A stretch of DNA of 64,000 nt from the human T2T-CHM13v2.0 reference genome, Homo sapiens. This document shows, piece after piece, positions 25,055 through 38,994 of this stretch. The position numbers were made by a program, and so were the translations under genes. The stretch is taken from NCBI RefSeq assembly GCF_009914755.1, contig NC_060932.1. One strand, given 5' to 3'. Each line of letters opens with the position of its first letter. Position 1 is the stretch's first letter. The notes under the pieces are model-generated. The model was not told where the DNA came from. It saw only the letters and a program-made list of their open reading frames with translations, and searched no databases.

Positions 25055-25468
25055 TGATTTAGTTTGGATATTAGTCCCTGCCCAAATCTCATGTTGAATT
25101 CTAATCCCCAGTGCTGAAGGTGGGGCGTGGTGGGAGGTGATTGTATCATGGGGGCAGATTTCTTATAGTTTAACACCATCCTCTTGATGCTGTTCTTGCA
25201 ATAGTGAGTTCCATGAGATCTAGTTGCTTAAAAGTGTGTGGCACCTCTCCTCCCTCTCGCTCTCTTGCTCCCATTCTCACCATGTGATGTGCCTGCTCCC
25301 CCTTTGCCTTCTACTGCTATTGGAAGCTTTTTGAAGCCTCCCTAGAAGCCAAGCAGATGCCACTATGCTTCCTGTATGGCCTAGAGAACTATGAGTCAAT
25401 TAAGCCTCTTTTCTTATATATTACCCAGTCTCTGATTTTTTATAACAGTGCAAGCACAGCCTAATACA
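25055..25468 (+). mobile_element. MSTA/B (MaLR) solo LTR inserted in L1 ORF2
   Basis: TG...CA ends; cccaaatctcatgttgaatt..., gcagatgccactatgcttcctg; exact TSD CACAT at 25050-25054 and 25469-25473. Confidence 0.93.
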
Positions 25469-27769
25469 CACATATAACCTTCCAAGATTGAACTATGAAG
25501 AAATAGAAAACCTCAACAAAGCAATAACAAGTAATGACATTGAAGGTGTAATATAAAGTGTCCCATCAAAGAAAATCCCAAGACCTGATGGTTTCACTGA
25601 AGATTTCTACCAAACATTTAAAGAACTAATACCAACATATTCAACATAGTACTGGAAGTCCTGGTTAGAGCAATTAGGCAAGATAAAGAAATAAATGCTA
25701 TCCAAATTGGAAACGAAGAAGTCAAATTAGCCTTGTTCCAATATGACATGATTTTATACTTATGAAAACCTAAAGACTCCACCAGAAAACTGTTAGAATG
25801 AATAAATTCAGTAAGGTTTCAGGATATAAAATCAATATACAAAAGTCAGTAGCATTTATATATGCCAACAGTGAACATTCTGAAAAAGAAATCTAGAAGA
25901 TAATCTTATTTACAATAGCTACAATAAATAGAAACTACCTAGGAATCATTTTAACCAAAGAAGTGAAAGATCTATAAAAGGAAGACTATAAAATGCTGAG
26001 GAAAGAAATTAAAGAGGACACACAAAGGGGAGATATTCCATGCTTAGGAATTAGAATTAATATTATTAAAATGGCAATGCTATCTAAAACAATCTACAAA
26101 TTCAATGCAATCCCTATCAAATTCCATTGACATTCTTCACAGAATTAGGAAAAAAATCTATAATTTATATGGATCTACAAAAGACCCCAAATAGCTAAAG
26201 CAGTGCTGAGCAAAAAGGACAAAGCTGCAAGCATCACATTACTTCACATCAAAATTTACTACAAAGCTATATTAACCAAATCAACATGGTATTGGCATAA
26301 AAACAGACACATAGACCAATGAAATAGACTACAGAACCACAAGATAAATTCATCCATCTACAGTGAACTTAACTTTGGCAATGGTGCCAAGAACATACAA
26401 TATGGAAAAGACAGTCTTTTCAATAAATGGTACTGAGAAAACTGGATAACTATATACAGAAGAGAAACTAGACCCCCATCTCTTAATATGCACAAAAAAT
26501 CAACCCAAAATTGATTAAAGACTTAAATGTAAGACCTGAAACTATAAAACTACTGTAAGGAAACACTGAAGAAATGCTTCAAGACATTGGTCCGGGCAAA
26601 GATCATTGTGTAAGACTTTAAAATCACAGGCAACCAAAACAAAAATAAACAAATGGTTGCTCGTCAAGCTAAAAGCTTCTACTCAGCAACATAAACAATC
26701 AACACAGTGAAGAGAAAACCTGCATAATGGGAGACAACACTGGCAAACCATCCATCTGATAAGAGATTAAGAACCACAATGTATACAGAGCTCAAACAAC
26801 TCAATAGCCTATAAATAAGTAAGTCAATTAAAAACTGGGCAAAAGATCTGAATAGATATTTCTTAAAAGAAGAAATATAAATGGCCAACAGCTATAAGAA
26901 AAAAATGCTAAAATCACTAATCATCAGAAAAATGCAAATCAAAACTATAATGAGATATCATATCACCTAAGTTAAAATGATTTTTATCAAAAAGACAGGT
27001 AACAACAGTTGATGGCCAGGATATGGAGACAGGGAAACTCTCACACACTGTTAGTGGGAATGTGAATTAGTATACCCACGATGGAGAAAAGGATGGAGAT
27101 TCCTCAAAAAACTGAAAATAGAAATACCATATGATCAGTAATTCTATTGCTGGTTATATATCCGAAAGAAAGAAAATTAATATATAGAAGAGATATAGCA
27201 CCTCTAAGGTGATTGCAGCACTATTCACAATAGCCACATTATGGAATCAACCTAAGTGCCTATGAACAGATAGAGAAAATGTGGTATCTATACTCACTGA
27301 AATATTATTAAGCCATAAAAGTAAATAAAATTTTGTCATTTTCAGCAACATAGATGGAACTTAGGGTCATTATGTTAAGTGAAATAAGCCAAGCACAAAA
27401 AGACAAATATCATATATTCTCATTTGCACATGAGAACTAAAAAATTGGATCTCATGAATATAAAGAGTAAATCAGTGGTTACCAGAGATTGGGAATTATA
27501 GGGAAAGGGGGAGAGGTGATGAGGAGCAGTTGATTGATGGAGTCAAATATATGGTTTGATGGAAGAAATAGGAGCTAGTGTTTGATAGATCAGTAGAGTG
27601 ACTATAGCTTACAATAATCAATTGTACATTTCAAAATAGGTAGAGATGAATAATTCAGATGTTTCTAGCATAAGAAAAGGCAAATATTTAAGATGATGGA
27701 TATCTTAAGTGCACTGATTTGATATTCATCAATTATATGAATGTATTAAATTATCCCATGTATCCCTAA

Positions 27770-28076
<307 letters not shown>

Positions 28077-29049
28077 AATTTTTTTAAAAGGGGAGAAAAA
28101 GTGAATAAATTCTGGTACTATAAACACAGAAATGTAACAAGAAAATTTTATCATAAACGCTATACTATCCAAATATTCTTTTGAAAATTATCCTAAACCA
28201 TAAGTATCTCCTAAACTCTGCCATCAGAAGGCTTTGTAATCCATTCTTTATCCTTCATCCTACCTCCTTCAACTACCCTTCCACTGTAGCTCTTCTTGCT
28301 CATATTCATCCATAGTAAATCCTGCATAGCTTCTTTCTGTTTTCTGAGTTTCCTTTTACCTCCCTGCTCCTACTAGCAGCAGTTTTGCCTCCTACATCAT
28401 CACAATAATGAACTTGAAGTTGTCTGGGTATCCTTGCTCCTTTTTCATGCATTCTGGCCATTCTTCCTCCCCTAAAATAATCAGCTTTGAATCTCATGTG
28501 ATCAAACTATACCAATCATCTACCAACTCTCCCTCTTTTATGTAAAGATTTTGCCTGCTGGATCAGGTCCTTCTCTTCAGCACTATTTCCATCTTACTTC
28601 TTGGTAACTTCAGTATCTATGAAGATGATCCTTCCAATATTCTGGCCTCTTGTTTCCTTGGACTCCTCCCCTCCAACGATCTTCTTCTTCACCTTACTTC
28701 AGTCACTCACTTCTTGGTCATTCACTAAACTTTGAAATTATTTTTTCAATGATTTCACCCTTTCCATAACCTTAATTCCAAGTTTTCTGCTTTATGACCA
28801 CTGCTTCCTATATCCTCAGTCCATTCTGTCTACCTCACTGACTCCAACAATCCTTCGGTCCCACAGGTACTTCCATCTCATGAATCAGAACACCTATACC
28901 CAACTCTTCAATTCTCTTATTGCCTCATCTTCCTTTTTAGTACACTTGCACTCTATGGTTAATCTTTTAAATTATTTCTTCACAAACACTTTACTCCTTT
29001 GCACCTCCCTTACATTATTACACTAGCTTAAGAAAGTTCCAGACCTCGT

Positions 29050-29815
29050 TTATTTTCATTTTTAAATTTGGAAAGGAGAGCTTCATTTCTCATAAAGGGT
29101 TGCAGCCTGTAGGGTGACCATTCTGACAGGCTGGGAAGCACAGCCTCTGGCTGGAAGCCAAAAGCAGACACTTTGAAGGAGGGGCAAATGGAACAGGAGT
29201 TTATGCTGAGCAGCATGGACAAATATACATATTCAATAACCTATAAGAAGAGTCATTAACATTTATGAAAAAAGGAGACCTGCATGTATGCAGTCGAGCT
29301 TTTTGCCTTTCCACGGCACCCATGATCAAAAAATGGTGGAGTCAGCATGATATGAGGATGGAGGTTTTGGCCCTCTGACATCAAAAGGTGAAGCAGAGAA
29401 TGCAAAAACTCTCACTGTGCATCCTCTGTAATCTGGCCAGAACCATTCTATGGTCAGTGGTCTCTTACCAGGCAAAAAAAAAAAAAAAAAAAAAAAAGGG
29501 GGCAGCGTGAAGTGGTTGGTTGATACCAGTAGTGGTGTCTTTTGAAAAAGCTTGTTCCCAATAGGCTCTTAGGGAAGACAGCCTAATTGTGGTTAGCAAG
29601 GGAAGAGGTATAATGAGATTTGTCTGACCCCTCATTCTGTTGAGGCTGAGAACTTAGTTTTCAAGATTAATCTGGGGTCTCTTTGGTCAAGAGATAATCT
29701 GTTCAGTCAGTTGGGAGGCTTATAATTTTATTTCTAGTTCCCATTTTCCCCTTTTTGGACAAGATTTGTCAGAGGCAGCATCGATGGGCAAACTTTTTTT
29801 TTGGTTCCATATCAG
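29050..29815 (-). mobile_element. ERV1 (MER4-group-like) LTR plus short internal stub
   Basis: Minus strand LTR starts at 29743 (tgggaactagaaataaaattataagcctcccaactgactgaa), directly preceded by polypurine tract AAAAAGGGGAAAA. Confidence 0.75.
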
Positions 29816-30754
29816 TCCTGGTTTAAATACAATTTTCTACCCCTGCGTGTCTACATCCACACAAGAAAAAAAAAGAGCACAAGATTTCTACTGACCAGCA
29901 TAATTTTAAATTAATGCCCATGAGAATCTAAAGAGGTTCTTATTGCTGGCCAATAAACATACTCACTTTCCCAAGTCTATTCACTCCAGATAATGATTTT
30001 CTACACTTTCCTTGGAAATATTCAGCAGCTTTCCTCTCCACCCCTTTTCCTGTTCAGCATCTGTCCTTACTTGCTATTTCACTAAGAAAATATAAGCATT
30101 CCAAATTCTCATCACTATATTCATCGGTAATTCTGTCTTCTTTCTTGTTGTTATAAACTGTCTGTACCTACAAACAACCCACCTCACTTTGGATTAAATC
30201 CTATTTCTCTTGCCTATTCAAGAACATTGTTCTAGAAATTCTTCCTCTCTCTCATATGTTAACAACCATTCCCTCTGTACTAGATTATTCCCATCGGCAT
30301 GTAAATATATTTCTTCCCTCTTCGAAACAACAACAACCATCACAAAACAAACCTACTTAATCGTATTCTTGGATGTCTCTTCTTCCCTATATAAACTCAC
30401 ACCATAGGTGTTCCCATCCAGTGTCAAGACTACGTACCATGTATATATCCTGAGAACTGCCAAATTTGTATATTCAATCCAGAGTCCCCTGAACTCCAGA
30501 CTGTTATATCCAAACCATTTATATATTTCCTTTTGATGGCTAACTGGCTTCTTAAACCAAACACAGTGAAAGCAAACTCCCTTTACTCCCAAACCTGCTT
30601 TTCCCACAGTCTTTTCTATATCAATTGTTGATACTCCAATAATATTAATTGCTAAGGCCAAACACTTTATCTTTGATGTGTTGTTTTCTCCTACACCACA
30701 CATCTATTCCTTGAGCGAATCTCATGGGACATTAAAAATATATCGACGTCTTTA

Positions 30755-31043
30755 GCAGTGGCTCACGCCTGTAATCCTGGCACTTTGGGAGGCCGAGGCG
30801 GGTAGATCACGAGGTCAGGAGATTGAGACCATCCTGGCTAACACGGTGAAACCCTGTCTCTACCAATAATACAAAAAAGCAGCCAAGCGTGGTTGCGGGC
30901 GCCTGTAGTCCCAGCTACTCAGGAGGCTGACGCAGGAGAATGGCGTGAACCCGGGGGGCGGAGCTTGCAGTGAGCAGAGATCGCGCCACTGCCCTCCAGC
31001 CTGGGCGACAGAGCAAGACTCTGTCTCAAAAAAAAAAGAAAAA
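30755..31043 (+). mobile_element. AluY lacking the first ~8 nt
   Basis: Y diagnostics accatcctggctaacacggtg, gaatggcgtgaaccc, ggagcttgcagtg. Confidence 0.95.
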
Positions 31044-33410
31044 TATATATATATATATGTATATCGACTTCTTACCATCAATACTTCTATCACCCTTATC
31101 CATACTATCATCATTTCTCCCTGGATTATTCCAATATGTTTGAAATTGGTCTTCCTGTTTCCACCATGGCCTTCAAAGTCTATTCTCAACACAGCAGTGA
31201 ACCAATCCTGCTGGAACATAAATTATGCTCAACACAACTTATCTCACTAAGTAAAAGCCACAGTTCTTACCATGGCCTTCAAGTCACCACCACCACCCAG
31301 CGCTGTCCTCCCCCAAGCCTTCTCCTCTGACCTGATTACCTGCAATCCCCACTTCTGCTTCAGTTGTCTGATCTCTTCCAGCTTCTCCTACTGGCCAGGG
31401 CACCCTCCACCAAAGCTTCACATGCCTTCTCTCTGTCTAGAACATCTGTTACTCACACATCAACTTAGCCTGCTTCCTCACTTTTTTCAAATCTCTATTC
31501 AAACACCATGTTGTAAGAGAGACCTTCTTTGGCTACCTTCTTTAATTTTTCAGTCTACCCTAGGGTAACTTTTAACATCCATGCTACCTATTCCTGCACA
31601 TTATTGAGCACTTGCTAATGTATTATATCATTGATTTACTTACAATGTTTGATTCTCTGCCCCTTCTCCAGTGTAAGCTTCAAGAGGGCAGATCTGTGCC
31701 CATTTTGTTCAGTACCTTGCACATAGCAGACACCCAATAGACATTTGCTGATTAGCAAAAGTTTTATTTACTAAAACTTTTGTTAAATGGGCATTTCTAA
31801 AAGTTTGAAACCTGTTTGACAGTGAGATCCATGTTGCAATAGTGTCTAGAATAGAAAACAACAAGAACAATGGTGCTGCAATTTTATTAATTAAAAATGT
31901 GAGCGAATAGGACAGGGTTGGGAATAAGATTATTCTGGTTTTTAGTTTCAGTTCTTGCAGGAAAACCAGTAGAAGCCCTGTGGCCTTGGAGCTTCACTTT
32001 CCTCTTTTGAAATACAGGAGTAATAAAACTGGATGTCAAAGTGCAGTTATCAGAGTAAAATGAGACAATAAATTCATTCATATTTTCATTCAAGTGCAAC
32101 AAGCATTGATCAAAGTATTGCTGTGAAAGTATTTTGCAAATGTGGAAAGCCCAATATAAATATAAGGAAATGTAATTTTCAATAGAAAAACTTTTCTGTT
32201 GAGTGACTTAGAACAGCAATGTGTGTTAAAAATAATGACTAAATGTATATACATTGTCATTCCAAACCACACAATTTGGAATCTAAAGTCTTTATTGATG
32301 AAATCCTATTTATCTTTTGAAAATATTCTGGAAAACTGAAAACCTAAAACTATGAAAGCAATAAGTGACATAGGGTGTTTTACGCACCAAAATTAAGTTT
32401 TAGTAAATTGGTAATTTTTTAAATTAACCAAACTTCAAACTAAACATAAAGCCAACACACATTGCCAATTCACAACAAAATAAGTTCATGAAGTTTTGAA
32501 CTAAAACATCTAAATTTTTCATAGCTCTACCTTATTTAAAAAGTATCATATTTATGCCCTAAATCATATATATGGGAATATACAGAATATGTACACTCAA
32601 TCCCATAGGAGGTGAATCTGGCCGTTATTTTCAGACTTCATACTGTGAAGTGGAGGACTTCTGATTGATTGCGACAAAATGAGACCATCTTGAGCCCCTT
32701 TTTCACTTTTGTCTTATTTAGGTCAAAGGATGAAATCTTTTGAGTTTGTCTGAATATCAACTCAAGTGAACACATTTTTCTTCTCTAGCTTTCATGTTAT
32801 AACAAGAAATAACTTTAGTGAGAAGATTTGAATAGCTCAAGTGACTATATTAAAATTTATCTTGCCGATTCTTTTTAATTTGCAACAGCATTTTATACAC
32901 TAGTAATGTCTTTCTAAAGAACTCTTTATTATTTATGTGGGAAAATGGAAAATGTTAAGATCTTTAACCAAAGTATAAAGTTTTGTAATTGAAAACAAAG
33001 AACCTTCAAATAAAAATTTTCAACACTGTTTTTATTTATATAGTATGCAGACATTGGATCCATTTTTTCTTTTTTTTTTTTACACATAACAGTACATGAG
33101 GCCATTGACTCTTTAAAAATTTTTTTGTGAAAGTCATTAGCCATTTTAATAAACGAAATGAGAAGATAATGCAGAAAAAGTTATTATCCTCAAATACTTT
33201 AAAATTACAAATTATTAATAGCAGCTAAAACAGTATTTGTTAAAGGATCCGTCAATAAACCAGATGAAGAGAGGTTTGAAATATTTTATGTAGCTAGAAA
33301 AATTATACCATTTTGTAAAAGGAGGATAAATTTATTTTGAAGTCCCTGTTTATACTTTTAAGTAGTAACAAGGTGTACAATCTGATAACAACAAAAAAAT
33401 AGTTTGTCAA

Positions 33411-33815
33411 TGCTATAGTTTGAGTGTTTGTGTCCTCTCTAAAATTCATATTGAAACCTAAACCCCAATGCAAGAGTATTAAGAGATGGAGCACTTAGGA
33501 AATTATTACACCATAAGGGCTCCACCCTCATAGAGTCAACTGGTGATTTATAAAAGGACTTAAGAGGTGAGTTGGACTCCTTCCCTATCTTCTGCCATGT
33601 GAGACCATAATATTTGTCCCTTTTTTGCCCATCTGCCATGTGAGGAAACAATATTCCAGCTGCCACCTTGGAAGTAGAGCCTGGGCCCTCACAAGGGATG
33701 AATCTGCCAGCACCTTGATCTTGGACTTTCCAGAATGTTGAGAAATACATTTATGTTGCTTAAAAGCTATCCAGTTTCAGGTATTTTCTTATGGCAGCAC
33801 CAACAGACTAAGACA
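33411..33815 (+). mobile_element. MSTC/D-like MaLR solo LTR
   Basis: tgctatagtttgagtgtttgtgtcc...ctgccagcaccttgatcttggacttt...gactaagaca; TSD GTCAA/GTCAC. Confidence 0.88.
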
Positions 33816-34270
33816 GTCACACTCCCTAGACTTCAAGGATTTGATGGTATCTAGCATCGGGTTTATTACTTTGTAGGTGCTCAGTAAAAAGTAATTGAGT
33901 GGAATTGGATAGATTTTTCTTGGAAAATCACTGGTTTTAGACACGAAATGCTAGGCTCTAAACAGGATAGATATTTTGCTGCTTCCTCCATTTTGGTCAC
34001 TGCGTAGAGAATAAATAAATAAATGAATGAATAAACACACAGCAATACTTTGATCAAATACAAGCATCCTTCAGGCTATCCAATAGGAGTATGAGACTAT
34101 GAGCTCCTTGGTTTGTGCAATAAAGTTAACAGAATACATTCAGAAGCCAGCTTCACTGACACTCTTGAAGAGACATCATGAGATGCTGATTTTTCTGGAA
34201 GCTTGTTAACTCTAATGACTAAACCAAAAGTAGAATACAACTATCACCTGATTGAAGAAAAAAGACATTC

Positions 34271-34332
<62 letters not shown>

Positions 34333-34334
34333 GC

Positions 34335-34369
<35 letters not shown>

Positions 34370-34411
34370 TAGATAGATAGATTGGATGGATGGATGGATG
34401 GATGGATAGAC

Positions 34412-34471
<60 letters not shown>
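34271..34471. repeat. Complex STR [AGAT]10[AGAC]5 AGGC [AGAC]8[AGAT]4 T [GGAT]6 AGAC [AGAT]15
   Basis: Counted directly from the sequence. Confidence 0.97.
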
Positions 34472-34472
<1 letters not shown>

Positions 34473-36339
34473 TACAAAGCAATCCAAAGACAACTGACCC
34501 ATGTTAACCCAAGTGATATTATTCTTCAGACCTTTTTATATGTGATGCTTCAGCTTCTCAGAAGTTCTAACATAGGCGAAGGTATGAAGGTGGAGCACAG
34601 CAACTGTAAAATAGTAGAAAGCAGAACCTCATATAAAACTACAGAAAACTACACTGTATTTTACAAAGCCTTCTATGTCCCATGAAGAAGCAATTTCTCA
34701 TATTTTTGTTTCATCAAGAAGAACTTGAGTATAAAGGGCTTAAAACCAATTCTACTTGTTAAGCAACAAAGGGTATCATAACTTTGACATTATGAGATTC
34801 AAAGTAATTGAAACTATTGTGTCTTTCCTTTAACTTTCACTTGCCTTTCATCATGCCAAAGTCTGACAGCGTTTCTGGCTACCTTTAATTTACTCTGAAA
34901 TAATGGAATCTTGTTCGTGTAGCATAGACTAATAATCTTTTCTGTACATTTCTACTACCATGTGCTTATTTCAGGTTAAACAGAAGACTACAGGAAAATC
35001 TTAAAAAGGAGCCAATTCTACCCATCTCACCCCCATATGCAAACATGTGTCTCTCCAGACACTGCAGGAACAACACAGTCAATCTGTTCATAGATTTTTC
35101 TTGTTAATGAGAAAAGTAGACATTGCTGAGTAAGAAAAATGAGTGAATTTCTAGAATTGCAGATTAAGAGCAGGCGTAAAAAGGCCTCTGCTCCCTTGTG
35201 GTAAGTGCCACCAGTTGACAGGAAGCTTCTCATTCTGCAGCATTCCAAATGATTTGGTTTCTGCCAGAAAATAACAGCTGCTGCAACCCAACTGTATTCT
35301 TCAGTGTCTGATGAACACCCATAGACAGCTAATTTCCATTCACTTTGCAACCTGCATGGTTCCAGAAGGTGAACATTAGAAAGAGTGGGCTAGTAGAGAT
35401 TTGGAAAATGTAAAGCTGGATACTTCAGGGTACCAAATGGTGCTTCGTCTAATATCTCATAGATGAATGAATTATGTATGTACATGTATTGCATATATAT
35501 GTCTCTCTACATATACATATGTATGTTTTATGCATGCATATACATATATAATATCTTATCCTAGAGATGATTTAAGGCAGCTAAATGAGCAATGAATTTC
35601 TCTTTTTATTTTCAAAGTTGAATTCACCTTCCAGCAAAGCTCAGACATCTTTCTGTGGGGAAGTTCCTATGAATTCACAGAAACAGAAAATGTGGCTATA
35701 GTTTTGCCTATTTCCTCTCTCAGTTAAGGTAAATAAGTGTTTCTGCCACCAAATTCCTATCTTAATAAGGAAGGTTTTGGGTTTGTTTTTAAATGTCATA
35801 AATCCCTAGACCAAGTTCAAATCACTTTCAGCATCTGGCTCCTGGTCTTCTCTGCCAAATGAGCTTAAATTCAATTTTTTTCCGCCCAAACCATAATCAT
35901 TCTTTTGAGTTGTCCAGGTACTTTTTCTTTTCTTTCATGTGCCCGCAGTGAAATGTTGTCCCTATTGTGCATCATCATAACTTTTTGCCGATCCATGCCA
36001 CCGCCACTGCTGCACATCGTTGGCAAGCCCCTGAGCCACACTGATGGGCTAGTTATCTCCACCAGTGCTGGGCTGAAGCGGCCAGAGCTGATTGTTAAGG
36101 TTCATGAATTCTGGGAGCCAGCAGATATCACACTGTCGTCTCGAAGTTGACCATGGCTATGGTGGGAGCATTTCCAACTTGGAAATCAGCATATGCTACA
36201 AATCAAAACTTTTGCTTTTGTTTTCAGAGAGCTGGTTTAACAGCACACTGCTAATTGACCATTGTTTTTTCCAAACTAAGACAGTATTTTACACTTTCAT
36301 GTTATGAAATTAGATTAGCCAGTTCCAAACACCTCTTTT

Positions 36340-36520
36340 AATGTGTGACACTGATGGAGGTACCTAACTTTCTCAAATATTAGTTTCATCATAATGTGGT
36401 AATATTAACTCCTACTTCATAGAGGTCTTGTAAATATTAAATGAGATGGTATATATGAATTAATTATAAATTAATTGAACACACAACACTCAATAAATGC
36501 CTATTGTTATTATCCTTGAT
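36340..36520 (+). mobile_element. MIR
   Basis: tgtgtgac...agtttcatc...cctacttcatagaggtcttgtaaatattaaatgagat...cactcaataaatg. Confidence 0.7.
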
Positions 36521-36963
36521 ATTGTTAGTATTATTTCTTCTACATGTTTTAATTATTTTAATAAAATAAACATTTGCATCCACTCCCATCTACTCCTTGC
36601 AGGCAAATTCTCACTTTCTTCATTCAATAAGTGTAAAAATAATATATTTTCTGCAATTTAATGATAGATAAATGTGGCAGCATGAAAGCAATTAATGAAT
36701 TGTAGTAAAATAACCAATTTTAGAAAGCAAAAGGCTGCTTATGTCGCTCTCATTTCCGTCTTCCATTGAGTAAGGGTCATGAAAGCTGGATGGACATATA
36801 TCATTTCTCCATACACTTCTATTCTAGCAGCAGTAAAAAAAAAAATCTCACGGATATCTTTTCTAAGCAGAAGAAAATATTCACCACACACTCATTCATT
36901 TGTTCATTTCAATTTTAAGCACGTATTATATTTGGCAATAAGCTAAGAATCTTGGGAAAATAA

Positions 36964-37190
36964 AATAATAATAACAATTACTAAAATTAATTGAGCACTC
37001 GGTGTGCCAGGAACAATTTAAAGTATTTCACAATATATGTAAGATAGGCACAATTATCATCTTTATTCTACAAATAAAAACTGAAGCACAGAGAAGTTAA
37101 GTAACTTTGCTGAAGTCCAAAAATCTAGAAAGCAGTGGAGCCAGGATTCAAACTCAGAAAATCTGCTCTTCCAGCAAGAATTATACTGCC
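36964..37190 (-). mobile_element. MIR
   Basis: ttgagcactcggtgtgccagg...aaactgaagcacagagaagttaagtaactt...ggagccaggattcaaactcag. Confidence 0.85.
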
Positions 37191-37476
37191 AATTGAATAC
37201 CCACCTAAAAGAACTCCAAGCTGTAACCCAAACCATTAGGCCCTTTTCAGTGTCGAGAACCTGGCACCAGCACTATCCCTATCTTTTGACAGAAGAGAAA
37301 ATAACTACAGAGAACCTTGTTTGAAAATACATCAAGGAAGAATGGAGTCTATACAATATTCAATAAACACGAGAGTACCCTCCAATTATGTCTACTTAAA
37401 TTTCAGTAAGCTATCTGTAGGAGAAAAGATCAACATTACATGCTGATTGACTTATCCATTTTCACCCCTCCAACAA

Positions 37477-37498
37477 TGTGTGTGTGTGTGTGTGTGTG
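37477..37498. repeat. (TG)11 microsatellite
   Basis: Read directly. Confidence 0.95.
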
Positions 37499-37992
37499 CG
37501 TGAGCTTACATGTGTGTGTATTTGCATGTGTAGTGATGGCAAATTACGTTTGAGTCATATGCTTGGTAATGGGGAACCATCTCTGGACCAGACAAATATG
37601 ATTCCTTCTCTCACAGGACATATGGGTTGGATGTTCAACTGACTACACAGGTAACCAACTAAGTAGTATTGAAATGAGGCTTCAGAGCTTTGTTACTTCA
37701 AGTATGATCCCTGTGCTTCATGTATCAGTCACAAAAGTAAGTGAAATATACTGATTTTGTTAAGGATGCCACACAATGTGATGGGGTTAGAAACACAAAA
37801 TTAGCAAAGCATATGTTAAGCAGGACGAGGTATTTTTTTAGTAAGAAGGACAGAAACATCATCACTCGAGAAGTTATTTAGAAGTTGTTTGAGGAGTTGT
37901 CTAGAAAGAGGTGCCATTAACACCAGACTTTATCTGACTACAGATGATCAATTTATCTCTCAGTCATCAGGGAAAAAAATGTAGCAATCTAA

Positions 37993-38500
37993 TATAGGGG
38001 AAGAAAAATATCTTTTCCTTTACCTATCTTAGATTCATGGCTGAGGCCCCAATAACCAAAGATTTACAAAATAAAAGTATGCAAATACTTAATATGAGTT
38101 TTACCTGACATGAGAGCCTTCATAAGGAAAGGAAGACCCCCCAAAATGGGTAAATCTGAGTATTTTATAGTAGGTTTGATGAAGAGTAGGCCATTATGGA
38201 GAAATATGATAGGGCAAAAGGGTGTGATCTAATGGTAATAAACGGGGGGAAACTTAGCAAGCTTGTTCGTTCAGATTCTTCTCTGTGTTTCTTCATCTTT
38301 GGAGACAAAGATGCTTCTTTTCTTTAGATAAGAGAGAACACTTCTCACATGAGGTTCTTCTGATCTGCTTCAGGGGAGAAAGATAGGGGAAAGTGAGAGT
38401 GAACTTTCTGTTTCCGCCCTCTTTCTCAAATTCTTTCACTTTAAAATATTCAGTATGTCAAAGTGCCATATTTTGGGGTAGCATGTTCTGAACCCCATCA
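37993..38500 (-). mobile_element. ERV1 solo LTR, MER31-like
   Basis: Minus strand starts tgatggggttcagaacatgctaccccaaaatatggcac; TSD CTAA/CTAG. Confidence 0.8.
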
Positions 38501-38685
38501 CTAGCAATCTCAATGCCCATTTAGACAAAACCTTGAAGACATTCAACATGTTCTCCCAAATCAATCCCTAACCCCCACCTATGGGTCAGGCAATATCCAT
38601 GTTTAATAAAACTTGCTTGCAACAGACAAAGACTGGATAAAAACAAATGCATTTTGGGGCATACATGCCTTCTTCCAAGGTTTTT

Positions 38686-38994
<309 letters not shown>

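Larger units (their letters stand above)
28500..31755 (+). mobile_element. Long L2 remnant (endonuclease region to 3' end), interrupted by an ERV1 LTR and an AluY
   Basis: From 28600 reads LGNFSIYEDDPSNILASCFLGLLPSNDL (L2 GDFN motif region); YDH for SDH at ~28793; L2 3' end tgtaagcttcaagagggcag...gcacatagcagacacccaatagacatttgctga. Confidence 0.8.

Noticed and set aside
34219-34502. LSIY/LSVC repeat proteins, or a CRISPR-like array
   Set aside because: A tetranucleotide STR with no spacers; human DNA.
37982-38513. Apparent 12-bp TSD around the MER31-like LTR
   Set aside because: Explained by a 4-bp TSD inside a pre-existing tagcaatc tandem repeat.
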